Shown here in pieces: positions 52,401 through 64,000 of a DNA stretch of 64,000 bases. Both the position numbers and the translations under genes were made by a program. Numbering within the stretch: the stretch's first letter is position 1; the number at the start of each line of letters is the position of its first letter. This DNA comes from Basidiobolus meristosporus CBS 931.73 (lineage: Eukaryota; Fungi; Basidiobolomycota). The stretch is taken from assembly GCA_002104905.1 (NCBI GenBank), contig MCFE01000370.1, positions 21,186-85,185 of the forward strand. The letters run 5' to 3'. A model generated the notes under the pieces. It searched no databases and was not told where the DNA came from. It worked only from the letters and a program-made list of their open reading frames with translations.

Positions 52401-53338
52401 GCCAAAGCCAAGCCAAACGACCTACAGGCCCTGCCCGATGTCGCTGGTGTGGAAGACTAGTATCCTTTTTTGATGTGCATAGCAAATTTCTCTCGCAGTA
52501 GCGTACCGGTATCCTTGACCATGACTAATTCTGCAGCAAATTCCCCGATGCCCAATCTAGTGCCACCACAGATCCCAGTGAAAACAATGACGAAGATCGG
52601 ATTCTTTCCAGTTTGTTTGAACTTACAGGTATTCACAGCGCCCTGAAGCATGACACCCTACTGGATGCAGCTCGACAAGAGGACATCCTGGTGGAGCAAG
52701 AGGCCAATCGAATTGCCGAACGGGCGGTTGCCGCGCTTCGTGCGTCAAGAAAGAAGCGCAATAGGTCGGATATCGGGGTTCCAACCTGGACCGGAAGATC
52801 TGGCACGGCAGGTGCAATGGCCACCGCGAAACCTCGGTTCGGCCAGAAGCAGAACCCCAATCTACCCACGTTCGGAGCACAGCCATCGAAAAGCGACCCG
52901 GACACCCAGAGCTCCCCCAGATTTGGCAGTGGTAGCATGTCAGGATTTCGTGGGAATAGTGGGGATGTCTCGTCCAGTTCGATCTTGAAAAACCTACGGG
53001 ATCGTGGTGTCTCCGAAGGGACCGATGCTCCGTCAAGTAATGAACCATTGAATTCGCCCCGTCCCGTTTCTTCCCGCCCACTGAACCATTTTCCCTTGAT
53101 TGTAGGCCCGTCCATGTTGGACCCCGACTCCCAAGAAGGGTTGATCCTAAAGATCCGGGATTACCTCTACGCGTATGGTGGACGTGCTAGCACCTCGGAT
53201 ATCGTGACCAACTTCAAGTTGAAGATTCGTGGCGAGGAGGTCGCGGTGTTCCGAAAAATGCTCAAGTCCATCGCCACCTTTGAGAAAGACCCCAGCAGTG
53301 GTAAGGGGTGGTGGTGTCTCAAAGCGGAATTTGTGTGA
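49402..53338 (+). CDS. RAD26: Rad26/Rhp26/CSB (ERCC6) SNF2-family ATPase, multi-exon
   Basis: [46 protein letters not shown] and [11 protein letters not shown] motifs; GVPTWTG motif; C-terminal winged-helix domain. Confidence 0.96.
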
Positions 53339-53577
53339 TGGTCGAGCTTGTGCTCCCGTGTAACATAAGGGATTTTGTTGATAATATGTGACATGTGATA
53401 TACTCGGGGGAACCACCCGATCCTTGTGAGTAAATGTGTAATATAGTCTGTTTGTTTGGTGATTTCGCGCCAACCATAAAGTCGATCTGTCTGCACCCAT
53501 GTATGCATTCACCCCGTTGCAGATGATGATCCGTCTAGCCCTACCTGTTTCCATTGTGTGGTGTGGCAAGCTTTCCG

Positions 53578-55544
53578 AGAACTTGAGAGATTCCAATTGA
53601 GTTTGTAGCAGTTGAATCTGTACACTGGGCCACCTGTTTAGACCACCAAGAGCAATTTACAGCTTGTTCATTGGCCCAGTTCTATTATTGGAGGTATCAA
53701 CAATCACAAGACATTTGGTTGGGTGGAATTGGCAGCTCTGTTCTGATGGAATACCTATGGTTGCAGGCCTTGCTTTAGGGGCTAGGTGGAGCCATGAATA
53801 TGCAAGTACTTGGACATGATTTGCAGTAGGTGTGGCTCTCCATAGGTTGCTTATGGAGTTGCAAATTAAGCTTGTGAGATATTGACAAGCTCTATAAATG
53901 GATTCTTGTTAAAGACCAGCAGGAGTTTAAGTCTCTTCAAATTTATTACTAACAGTAGCAGAAGTTCTAGCCTGCCCTATGAAAAATGAGCTTGATGATC
54001 CCATTAAATGGCCATCACATAACCCTATGAAAAATATCTTGGTCCCACAGGTGGGTCCAATCCAGATCAGCTGTCAAGATCCTGCAATGAGTCTGTCATA
54101 ATGCCAGCAGCTTGGAATTATTGACCCTCCACACAATCTTATGATGGGATTGTGATGGCATTTTGCTGATTTTACTGCCAAATAAAGTTAAAAACTTGAT
54201 GGTGTTTGAGCAGTCTTTTGACAAGAATTGCATGGCATTCTGATGGTCTTAATGTGCTCTACATTTATTTGAGTGGACCTAACTGGCCAATACATCCAGT
54301 TGCCTTACATGGCAAGAGACTTGACAGTGTTCTGAGAGCCTCATTGCAAACCTCTGCTGGCATTGCAATGGCAGCATACAGCTAGCTCTGTATGATGCTA
54401 CCATACCAATTTACCAAATGGTATTTTCTTTTTCTACCTCTCCTTGTGCCATTCATATTACCACTGTAGAATCACCCCTCTTTATTTGCTTACCCACTAC
54501 TACCTTGGGTATTCCACATATATACCTCTACATACATGCACACCTGCTGCAATTGACACACTTCCATCAACTCACCTTTACAGCTTTTTAGTGTGATACT
54601 CACAAAATTGCCATATACCTTGCATTGCTGGAAACATATACATCTTACAAACATATGCTTGCTTGCCACCACCCTTGCCATGAATACCTCCTGAATATTC
54701 ACAAAGAACCTCTTGGTATTTAGCCAATATATTTCTTCTCCCTGCAGGATTCTAGTCCCCATTATAGGTGTGCTCTGGCTCTTGTCTGTGTGAATTCTGT
54801 ATTGAGTGGTGTAGAAGCTGGCTTGTGACCAAGAGAAAGCCAGCATACTTTGGTAAAGTTGTCCTAACAAAAATTAGTTGCTTGTTGCACCCAACCCAAC
54901 TTTGCACTACTTGACTGATTACCCATGTATTGGGGCTGCTTAGTTTCTGAATGCAAAAGACATAAGTGTCTCCATGTACACATCTGTTCTCAGTACTTTC
55001 CAACTCTTCCTGGCTGTCCTCCATATGCCAACTCATCACATCCATGACAGACTTGAAGGTAATATTCTTGATGAGATTAGGATATGGTGGTACCTGCAAC
55101 TTGACTTGTCTTCCCATCTCCCCACATGTCCACTTGAACAGAAACTCCCAAAAGGTGAAGCTAGGCCCCATATTTTCCACACACCAAGCAAGATGGAGTA
55201 GAGATTGGATACAGTATTGGCAGAGATCTACACATTCAACTTTATGCTTGTAGCATAGCTGCTCAAATCCCTTGTGAAAAATAATTTGGTCCTAGCAGCA
55301 GAGATCTATGCATTCAGCTTTATGTTTGTAGTAAAGCCACTCAAATTTCATCACAAACTCTTTGCACAAAAGCTGTAGATGCATCAAGTTGGCATTGGTG
55401 ATCTGCTTCTGGATAAATATTCCTACAATGTCCATATATGACTCCCAATGATTCTAATGTACTACTGGTAGAAATGGCTTCAGATGGCCACCTGAATAAG
55501 TACATATCCAGCTCATTCAGTCTTTGCATTGGTATTGTTGCATA
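53578..55544. mobile_element. Decayed CpG-free repeat remnant, possibly a non-LTR retrotransposon fragment on the minus strand
   Basis: No CpG seen. Broken minus-strand ORFs include …RQVKLQVPP…ENRCVHGDTYVFCIQ…NTW, loosely like the LINE zf-RVT region. Family assignment is weak. Confidence 0.35.
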
Positions 55545-55893
55545 TGTTGTAAAAATTTGTATTTCCACCTAAATATTCACCTAACTTAGTCACTTAGATC
55601 ATTACCTTCATATTATAGAGAATACTAACCAAATTCCTTGTTGGGATTTACTTAGAATATTATCACCAAAATACCAGGTACCCAGAACATGAAAATTCTC
55701 AAAGTTGTCCAAGCAGCTCCAAACTTTGCACACATATTCTTGGGACCTTCCTTAACCTATTCTATGTGTTTGCTATGCCAAGACCATGTAAAAGTATAAA
55801 TACTACTTCTGCATTCAATATATCATTAAGTGAAAACCACATAATCTACTTGTTCTCCCAATCACTTCCAATATCTCCAAGACTCTTACAACA
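55545..55893 (+). repeat. LTR 1 (349 bp) of the copia family
   Basis: TGTTG…CAACA termini, followed by PBS-like ggctatgagccc at 55894. Confidence 0.92.
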
Positions 55894-58401
55894 GGCTATG
55901 AGCCCCAAGCTGTCACTCTCTGGAATGACTAATACTGCTATTACTGGAATTTTCCCCTCTGCTGAAAAGTTGGATGGATCCAACTACCAAGTGTGGAAGG
56001 TGAAGATGAAGATGCTGCTACAAGAAAGAGGCCTTTGGGATATTGTCATGGGAGAAGAATGCACTCCTAAAAGTGTGGGAGAGGAAGCCTTGAAGTACCA
56101 GAAGAAAGAACAAAGTGCCTTTAACTGCTTTTGCATTAATGTTAAAGACAAATTGCTAATTCAATGCTCAAGAGCAAAAACGGCAAAGAATGCCTGGAAG
56201 GCATTAGAACACACCTACCAGTCATGTTCAGCTGCCAAGAAAATGTATCTGAGAAGAAAATTCTTTACTACAAAGATGCTGCCAGGAGAAGAAATGAAAA
56301 ATCTAATTAACAGAATTACCCTGCTGGTAGATGAGATGGAATCTGTGGGCGTACCAACTACTGATGAGGATGTGATAGTTACCATCCTGAATAGCCTGAT
56401 AGACAAGTTTCAGGGCCTTGTATCAGCCCTAGAGTCCAGAACTGAAGATTTGACCTTAAATTACATATATAGACGGCTCCTGGATGAAGAATTAAGAAAA
56501 TCAAGCGCCAATAAGAAGGAAGAAGAAAATGCTTTACTAAGCAATGATAACCAACAAAGGAGGTACCCAAAGTCCTAGAAAGGCAACAGCAACCTGTTTT
56601 GTAACTACTGCAAAAGGAAAGGACACATATCAGATTGGTGTCTCAAAAAGAAAGATAATCAGCAAGAGAAGCCTGAATATGAAAATGCTGCAACAACTGA
56701 AGATAGACTATTCATATCTGCACTAGATATGACCACAAACAAGGATTCTCAGATGTGGTATATTGACTCTGGAGCATCTCAACACTTAACACACCAAAAA
56801 GAACTTTTTACCCAATATCAAGAAATTCCAATTTAGAAGGTTTTCATGGGTGACAATAGAACACTTGATGCAGTGGGAGAAGGAATTATCCAAGTAAGCC
56901 TAAGAAGCAGAGAGGCAAGCCATACACTGACCTTTAAAGAAGCACTCTATGTACCAGACATAGCCAAGAACCTACTATTGGTAAGCAAGGCCACTGCAGA
57001 AGGACTCAGTTTCAGCTTTGTCAATTCTGGATGCACAATTACTGATCAAAATGGTGCCCATATTGCTTTGGGTATCAGAGATCAGAATCTACACAAGTTG
57101 CCTTATATTCCATCATATTTGGAAGCCAATATAAGTAACTTAATTGAAGAAACACCAATGCTTTGGCACAGGAGATTTGGGCACATCAATTTTGACTATT
57201 TGCACAAAATAATCAAAGATCAGCTAATTTCTGGAGTAAAAATTGATCCCCCAGCTAATTTGGAGCACTGTGAGGCCTGCATATATGGGGAACAAGCCAG
57301 ACAACTGTTCAAGAGCTCTGTGCTGATCAAAACTAAGAAAAAATTAGATCTAATCCACTCAGATCTGTATGGACCTATGCAAAATTTATCATTAGGCAGG
57401 ATGAAGTATTTAATCACTTTTATTGATGATTATACAAGATACACATGGGTCTACTTCATGGAGAGAAAGGAAGAAGCTCTGTCTAAGTTCAGGGAATTTA
57501 AAGCCATGGTGTAGAGAGAAACTGGTGGAAAAATCAAGAAAATACGCTCTGACAATGGCGGAGAATATACCTCAAAGCTCTTCATCCACTTCTGCAAAAT
57601 TCATGGGATAAAGCAAGAGACTACTGTACCATACTCCCCACAGCAAAATGGAGTAGCAGAATGTGCTAATAGATCAATAATTGATATGGCAAGATCTATG
57701 ATTCATGATCAAAAATTATTCTATGATTTTTGGGCAGATTCAGTTGCCACTGCTGTATATCTTAAAAATAGGAGTTATAACAGAATACTTTGTGATTCTA
57801 CTCCATTTGAGGCATGGTATGGATGCAGATCAAGTGCAGAACATCTAAGAATATTTGGGTGTACAGCATATGCCAAGAAACTGCCTGGAAATCAGTCAAA
57901 ATTTGAGCCAAAAAGTGTAAAATTCATATTTTTGGGCTACTTCAATGAGAGTAAAGCATACAGACTCTACAATACCAAAGCAAAGAAGCTAATCAAGTCC
58001 AGGGATGTGTTTTTTGATGAAAATTCAAACTTTCACAAAAAATGACATCAGATGATGACAAAAACTTGATCTCAAGTCCACCAATAGTCAGGATTGAATC
58101 AGAGCAAAACAATGAAAATTTTTTCACTGCAGAGGACTCTTCAATCATTGTTCAGCTAGAATCAGTGCCTAGGAGTCTCCCAGAAATGATCATTCCAGTA
58201 TCAAATGCCCAGAGATCAAATCGGACAAGAAATAGCCCAAATTACTATACCAATGGGGGTACAAACTTAGCCTATGCCTAATCAGTCCATATTGATGAGC
58301 CCCAGACTGTAAAAGAGGCCCTAAATAGCCCTCTGACAAAGTTTTGGAGATCTGCAATGACTGAGGAATATCAGGCCCTGATGGAAAATCAAACTTGGGA
58401 C
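55545..58401 (+). mobile_element. Ty1/copia element A (gag, zinc knuckle, protease, integrase, start of RT), decayed and interrupted in RT by an insertion
   Basis: KLDGSNYQVWK, CNYCKRKGHISDWC, WYIDSGASQH, LWHRRFGH…CEAC, HSDLYGP, FIDDYTR and SDNGGEY motifs, with stops and frameshifts. It ends at ENQTWD where a new LTR starts. Confidence 0.93.
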
Positions 58402-58694
58402 TGTTGTAAAAATTTGTAATTCCACCTAAATATTCACCTAACTTAGTCACTTAGATCATTACCCTCATATCCTAGAGAATACTGACCAAAATCCTTGTTG
58501 GGATTTACTTAGAATATTTTCACCAAAATACTAGGTACCCAGAACATGAAAATTCTCAAAGTTGTCCAAACAGCCCTAAACTTTGCACACGTGTTCTTGG
58601 GACCTTCCTTAACCTATTCTATGTGTTTGAAATGTCAAGACCAGGTAAAAGTATAAATACTACTTTTACATTCAATAAATCATTAAGTGAAAAC
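58402..58694 (+). repeat. LTR 2, 3'-truncated by insertion of LTR 3
   Basis: Same LTR sequence from tgttgtaaaa; breaks at gtgaaaac, where intact copies continue cacataatc. Confidence 0.9.
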
Positions 58695-61600
58695 TGTTGT
58701 AAAAGTTTGTATTTCCACCTAAATATTCACCTAACTTAGTCACTTAGATCATCACCTTCAAATCATAGAGAATACTGACCAAATTCCTTGTTGGGATTTA
58801 CTAAGAATATTTTCACCAAAATGCCAGGTACCCAGAACATGAAAATTCTCAAAGTTGTCCAAACAGCCCCAAACTTTGCACACATATTCTTGGGACATTC
58901 CTTAACCTATTCTACATGTTTGTAATGCCAAGACCAGGTAAAAGTATAAATACTACTTTTACATTCAATAAATCATTAAGTGAAAACCACATAATCTACT
59001 TGTTCTCCCAATCACTTCCAATATCTCCAAGACTCTTACAACAGGCTATGAGCCCCAAGCTGTCACTCTCTGCAATGTCTACTACTGTTATTACTGGAAC
59101 TTTTCCCTCTGCTGAAAAGTTGGATGGCTCTAACTACCAAGTGTGGAGGGTGAAGATGAAGATGCTGCTACAAGAAAGAGGCCTTTGGGATATTGTCATG
59201 GGAGAAGAATGCCCTCCTAAAAACATGGGAGAGGAAGCCTTAAAGTACCAGAAGAAAGAACAAAGTGCCTTTAACTGCATTTGCCTTAATGTCAAGGACA
59301 AATTGCTAATTCAATGCTCAAGAGCAAAAAACGGCAAAGAATGCTTGGAAAGCATTGGAAGACACCTACCAGTCATGTTCAGCTGCTAAGAAGATGTATC
59401 AAATATAGAAGTACTCTATGTACCAGACATAGCCAAGAACCTACTCTCTGTAAGCAAGGCCACAGCAGAAGGACTCAGTTTCAGTTTTGACAATTCTGGA
59501 TGCAGGATCACTGATCAAAATGGTGCCCATATTGCTTTGGGAATCAGAGATCAGAATCTATACAGGTTGACTTATATTCCATCACACTTGGAAGCCAATA
59601 TAAGTAACTTAAATGAAGAAACACCAATGCTTTGGCACAGGAGATTTGGACATATCAATTTTGATTATTTGCGCAAAATGATCAAAGATCAGCTAATTTC
59701 TGGAGTAAAAATTGATCCCCCAGCTAATTTGGAGCACTGTGAAGCCTGCATATATGGGAAACAAGCCAGACAACCGTTCAAGGGCTCTGGGTTAATCAAA
59801 ACTAAGAAAAAATTAGATCTAATTCACTCAGATCTGTGTGGACCTATGCAACATTTACCCTCAGGCAGGATGAAGTATTTAATCACTTTTATTGATGATT
59901 ATACAAGATACACATGGGTCTACTTCATGGAGAGAAAGGAAGAAGCTCTGTCTAAGTTCAGGGAGTTTAAAGTCATGGTGGAGAGAGAAACTGGTGAAAA
60001 AATCAAGAAAATTTGCTCTGACAATGGTGGAGAATATACCTCAAAACTCTTCATCCACTTCTGCAAAATTCATGGGATAAAGCAAGAGACTACTGTACCA
60101 TACTCCCCACAGCAAAATGGAGTAGCAGAACAAGCTAACAGATCAATAATTGATATGGCAAGATCTATGATCCATGATCAAAAATTATCTTATGATTTTT
60201 GGGCGGAATCAGTTGCCACCGCTGTATACCTTAAAAATAGGAGCTATAACAGAATACTTTGTGATTCTACTCCATTTGAAGCATGGTATGGATACAGACC
60301 AAGTGCAGAACATCTAAGAGTATTTGGGTGTACAGCATATGCCAAAAAACTGGCCGGAAATCAGTCAAAATTTGAGCCAAAAAGTGTAAAATGCATATTT
60401 TTGAGCTACTGCAATGAGAGTAAGGCATACAGACTCTACAATACCAAAGCAAAGAAGCTAATCAAGTCCAGGGATGTGTTGTTTGATGAAAATTCAAAAT
60501 TTTCACAAAAAATGATATCAGATGATGACCAAAATTTTGATCTCAAGTCCACCAATTGTCAGGATTGAATCAGAGCAAACTAATGAAAATTTTTTCACTC
60601 CAGAGGACTCTACAACCATGGTTCAGCCAGAATCAGTGCCCAGGAATATCCCAGAAGTGATCATTCCAGTATCAAATGCCCAAAGATCCAATTGGACAAG
60701 AAATAGCCCAAATTACTATATTAATGAGGGTACAAACTTAGCCTATGCCTATTCAGTCCATGTTGATGAGCCCCAGACTGTAAAAGAGGCCCTAGATAGC
60801 CCTCAGACAAAGTTTTGGAGATCTGCAATGACTGAGGAATATCAGGCACTGATGGAAAATCAAACTTGGGACTTAGTCAAATTACCAATCAACCAAAAAT
60901 CAATTGGATACAGATGGGTCTTCAAGACAAAATACAAGGCTGATGGTACAATTGAAAGATACAAAGCAATACTTGTAGCCAAAGGATACTCTCAAACAAA
61001 AGGACTTGACTATACTGAGACCTTTGCACCAGTAGCCAAGTTTAATTCCATCAGATTAATATTGGCTGTTGCAGCCAAATATAAGTTTTTTATTCATCAA
61101 ATGGATGTAAAAACTGCATTTTTGAATGGAGAACTTAATGAGGACGTGTGTATGGACCAGCCTGATGGGTTTGCTGACCAAAATAACCTCCATTTGGTCT
61201 GCAAGCTTAAAAAGTCACTATATGGTCTCAAACAATCACCAAGAGCCTGGAATTGCAAGATAGATTCTTATTTGGAATCTTTGAGTTTCAAAAGAAGTAA
61301 TGCTGACTATAGTATATACTATAAGCCAGATAGAGCAAATCCAGTTCTATTAGCTCTATATGTGGATGATCTTATTATAGCCACCAATAACCTAGAAACA
61401 TTGGAAGAGACTAAATCCAGCCTATCTAAGGAGTTCAAGATGTCCGATCTAGGAGAACTTAGTTACTACTTAGGGATTAAGTTCTCCATAGACAGAAGTA
61501 CCCAGACTATTACCCTAAGCCAATCTAAGTATATTCAAGATATACTAAAGAAGTACAAAATGGAAGACTGTAAACCAGCAGCCACCCCAATGGAGACAAC

Positions 61601-62698
61601 CCTTAACTTGGTCAAAACTCTACCAAATCAAGAGAGCTTGGTGCCATCTGAAAGCCCTGACTTTCCTTATCAATCTATGGTTGGCAGTCTGATGTATATC
61701 ATGCTTGGAACACGTCCAGATATCTCATATTCAGTGGGAGTTGGCAGCCAACATAATCAGAATTATGGATCTGATCATATTGCAGCAGTTAAGCGGATTT
61801 TCAGATACCTAAAAGGAACTGCTGATATCTGCTTAAGATACACTTATAAGGATTCAGAACAGGATCTTGTGGGCTACTCTGATGCTGATTGGGGATGAAA
61901 TTTGGAAGACAGAAGATCCACCACAGGATACACCTTTCTTTACTGTAAAGGAGCAATTTCATGGAATTCAAGAAAGCAACCAACTGTAGCACTTTCTACT
62001 ACAGAGGCAGAGTATATGGCAGCCTGTGAAGCTACAAAAGAAGCAATGTGGTTAAGAAAGCTCCTTACAGATTTAGGCCTATGTCAAAAAACGCCTTTTA
62101 CTTTATTTCAAGATAATCAAGCATGTATACAATTAGGTAGAAATCCAACTTTTCATGCTAGAACCAAGCACATAGATATTAGACATCATTTCATACGTGA
62201 AGCTATAGAGAATAACTTAGTTAGCTTAGTTTACTGTCCTACAGATGAAATGATTGCAGACATATTTACCAAACCATTAGCTAGAGACAAGTTTGAATAT
62301 CTTAGGTCAAAATTAGGACTAGTCAGTATGAACATTTGGCTGAGTGGGAGTGTTGTAAAAATTCGTATTTCCACCTAAATATTCACCTAACTTAGTCACT
62401 TAGATCATCACCTTCAAATCTTAGAGAATACTGACCAATTTCCTTGTCGGGATTTACTTAGAATATTTTCACCAAAATACCAGGTACCCAGAACATGAAA
62501 GTTCTCAAAGTTGTCCAAACAGCCCCAAACTTTGCACACATGTTCTTGGGACCTTCCTTAACCTATTCTACATGTTTGTAATGCCAAGACTAGGTAAAAG
62601 TATAAGTACTACTTTACATTCAATAAATCATTAAGTGAAAACCACATAATCTACTTGTTCTCCAAATCACTTCCAATATCTCCAAGACTCTTACAACA
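58695..62698 (+). mobile_element. Ty1/copia element C1: LTR3 (58695-59043), gag-protease deletion, IN, RT, RNase H, PPT, LTR4 (62351-62698)
   Basis: PBS at 59044. gag KKMY is fused to the protease end (YVPDIAKNL) near 59400. RT motifs QMDVKTAFLNG, LYGLKQS and YVDDL; RNase H DRRSTTGY; PPT gagtgggag immediately before LTR4. Confidence 0.95.
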
Positions 62699-64000
62699 GG
62701 TTATGAGCCCCAAGCTGTCACTCTCTGCAACGTCTACTACTGCTATTACTGGAATTTTTCCCTCTGCTGAAAAGTTGGATGGCTCTAACTACCAAGTGTG
62801 GAAGGTGAAGATAAAGATGCTGCTACAAGAAAGAGGCCTTTGGGATATTGTCATGGGAGAAGAATGCCCTCCTAAAAACATGGGAGAGGAAGCCTTAAAG
62901 TACCAGAAGAAAGAACAAAGTGCCTTTAACTGCATTTGCCTTAATGTCACGGACAAATTGCTAATTCAATACTCAAGAGCAAAAACGGCAAAGAATGCCT
63001 AGAAGGCCTTAGAACACAGCTACCAGTCATGTTCAGCTGCCAAGAAAATGTGTCTGAGAAGAAAATTCTTTACTACAAAGATGCTGCCAGGAGAAGAAAT
63101 GAAAAATCTAATTAACAGAATTACCCTGCTGGTAGATGAGATGGAATCTGTGGGCGTACCAACTACTGATGAGGATGTGCTAGTTACCATCCTGAATAGC
63201 CTGACAGACAAGTTTCAAGGCCTTGTATCAGCCCTAGAGTCCAGAACTGAAGACTTGACCTTACATTATGTATATGGAAGGCTCCTGGATGAAGAATTAA
63301 GAAAATCAAGCGCCAATAAGAAGGAAGAAGAAAATGCTTTAATAAGCAATGATAGCCAACAAAGGAGGTACCCAAGACCCTACAAAGGCAACAGCAACTT
63401 ATTTTGCAACTACTGCAAAAGGAAAGGACACACATCAGACCGGTGTCTCAAAAAGAGAGATTATCAGCAAAAGAAGCCTGAATATGGAAATGCTGCAACA
63501 ACTGAAGATAGACTATTCATATCTGCACTAAATATGACCACAAACAAGGATTCTCAGATGTGGTATATTGACTCTGGAACTTCTCAACACTTTACACACC
63601 AAAAAGAACTTTTTACCCAATATCAAGAAATTCCAATTAAGAAGGTTTTCAGGGATGACCATAGAACACTTGATGCAGTGGGAGAAGGAACTATCCAAGT
63701 AAACCTTAGAAGCAGTGAAGGAAGCCATACACTGACCTTTAAAGAAGCACTCTATGTACCAGACATAGCCAAGAACCTACTCTCTGTAAGCAAGGCTACA
63801 GCAGAAGGACTCAGTTTCAGTTTTGACAATTCTGGATGCAGGATCACTGATCAAAGTGATGCCCATATTGATTTAGGCATCAGAGATCAAAATCTTTACA
63901 AGTTGACTTATGTTCCATCATATCTGGAAGCCAATATAAGTAACTTAAGTGAAGAAACACCAATGCTTTGGCACAGGAGATTTGGACACATCAATTTTGA
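62351..64000 (+). mobile_element. Ty1/copia element C2 sharing LTR4 as its 5' LTR; runs off the window
   Basis: LTR4 is followed directly by PBS ggttatgagccc (62699), gag with a premature stop, zinc knuckle, WYIDSGTSQH protease and LWHRRFGH. Confidence 0.92.

Noticed and set aside
53578-64000. Classical Neurospora RIP (CpA to TpA)
   Set aside because: CpA and TpG are plentiful and the missing dinucleotide is CpG.
1-64000. CRISPR arrays, rRNA, tRNA and prokaryotic operons
   Set aside because: The sequence is eukaryotic and intron-containing. No regularly spaced repeat-spacer array, rRNA block or tRNA cloverleaf was seen by eye; a tRNAscan run would be needed to exclude tRNAs.

Overview
This is a gene-dense piece of a compact, intron-rich fungal genome (most introns about 50-90 nt). 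The gene content (UBL-PHD-SRA UHRF1, DONSON, malonyl-CoA decarboxylase, OSR1/SPAK kinase) points to an early-diverging, non-Dikarya fungus; the species cannot be fixed from sequence alone. Positions 1-53.3 kb hold about 27 protein-coding genes, mostly conserved housekeeping genes. About 240 bp after the RAD26 stop the DNA switches abruptly to a transposon block that is almost free of CpG. That block is a decayed remnant followed by self-nested and tandem Ty1/copia elements running off the window. The most notable observations are: (1) repeat-restricted CpG erasure with direct CA/TG evidence for ancestral CG, in a genome encoding an animal-like UHRF1; (2) a head-to-head pair of mitochondrial LEA-like genes whose ~800 bp arms are ~99% identical from the ATG onward but have different C-termini, a potentially invertible or gene-converting locus; (3) a fungal DONSON; (4) a PTTAIRE/GEGAYG Cdk1 variant. 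Exon boundaries, counts and alignments were read by eye, and no database searches were run.
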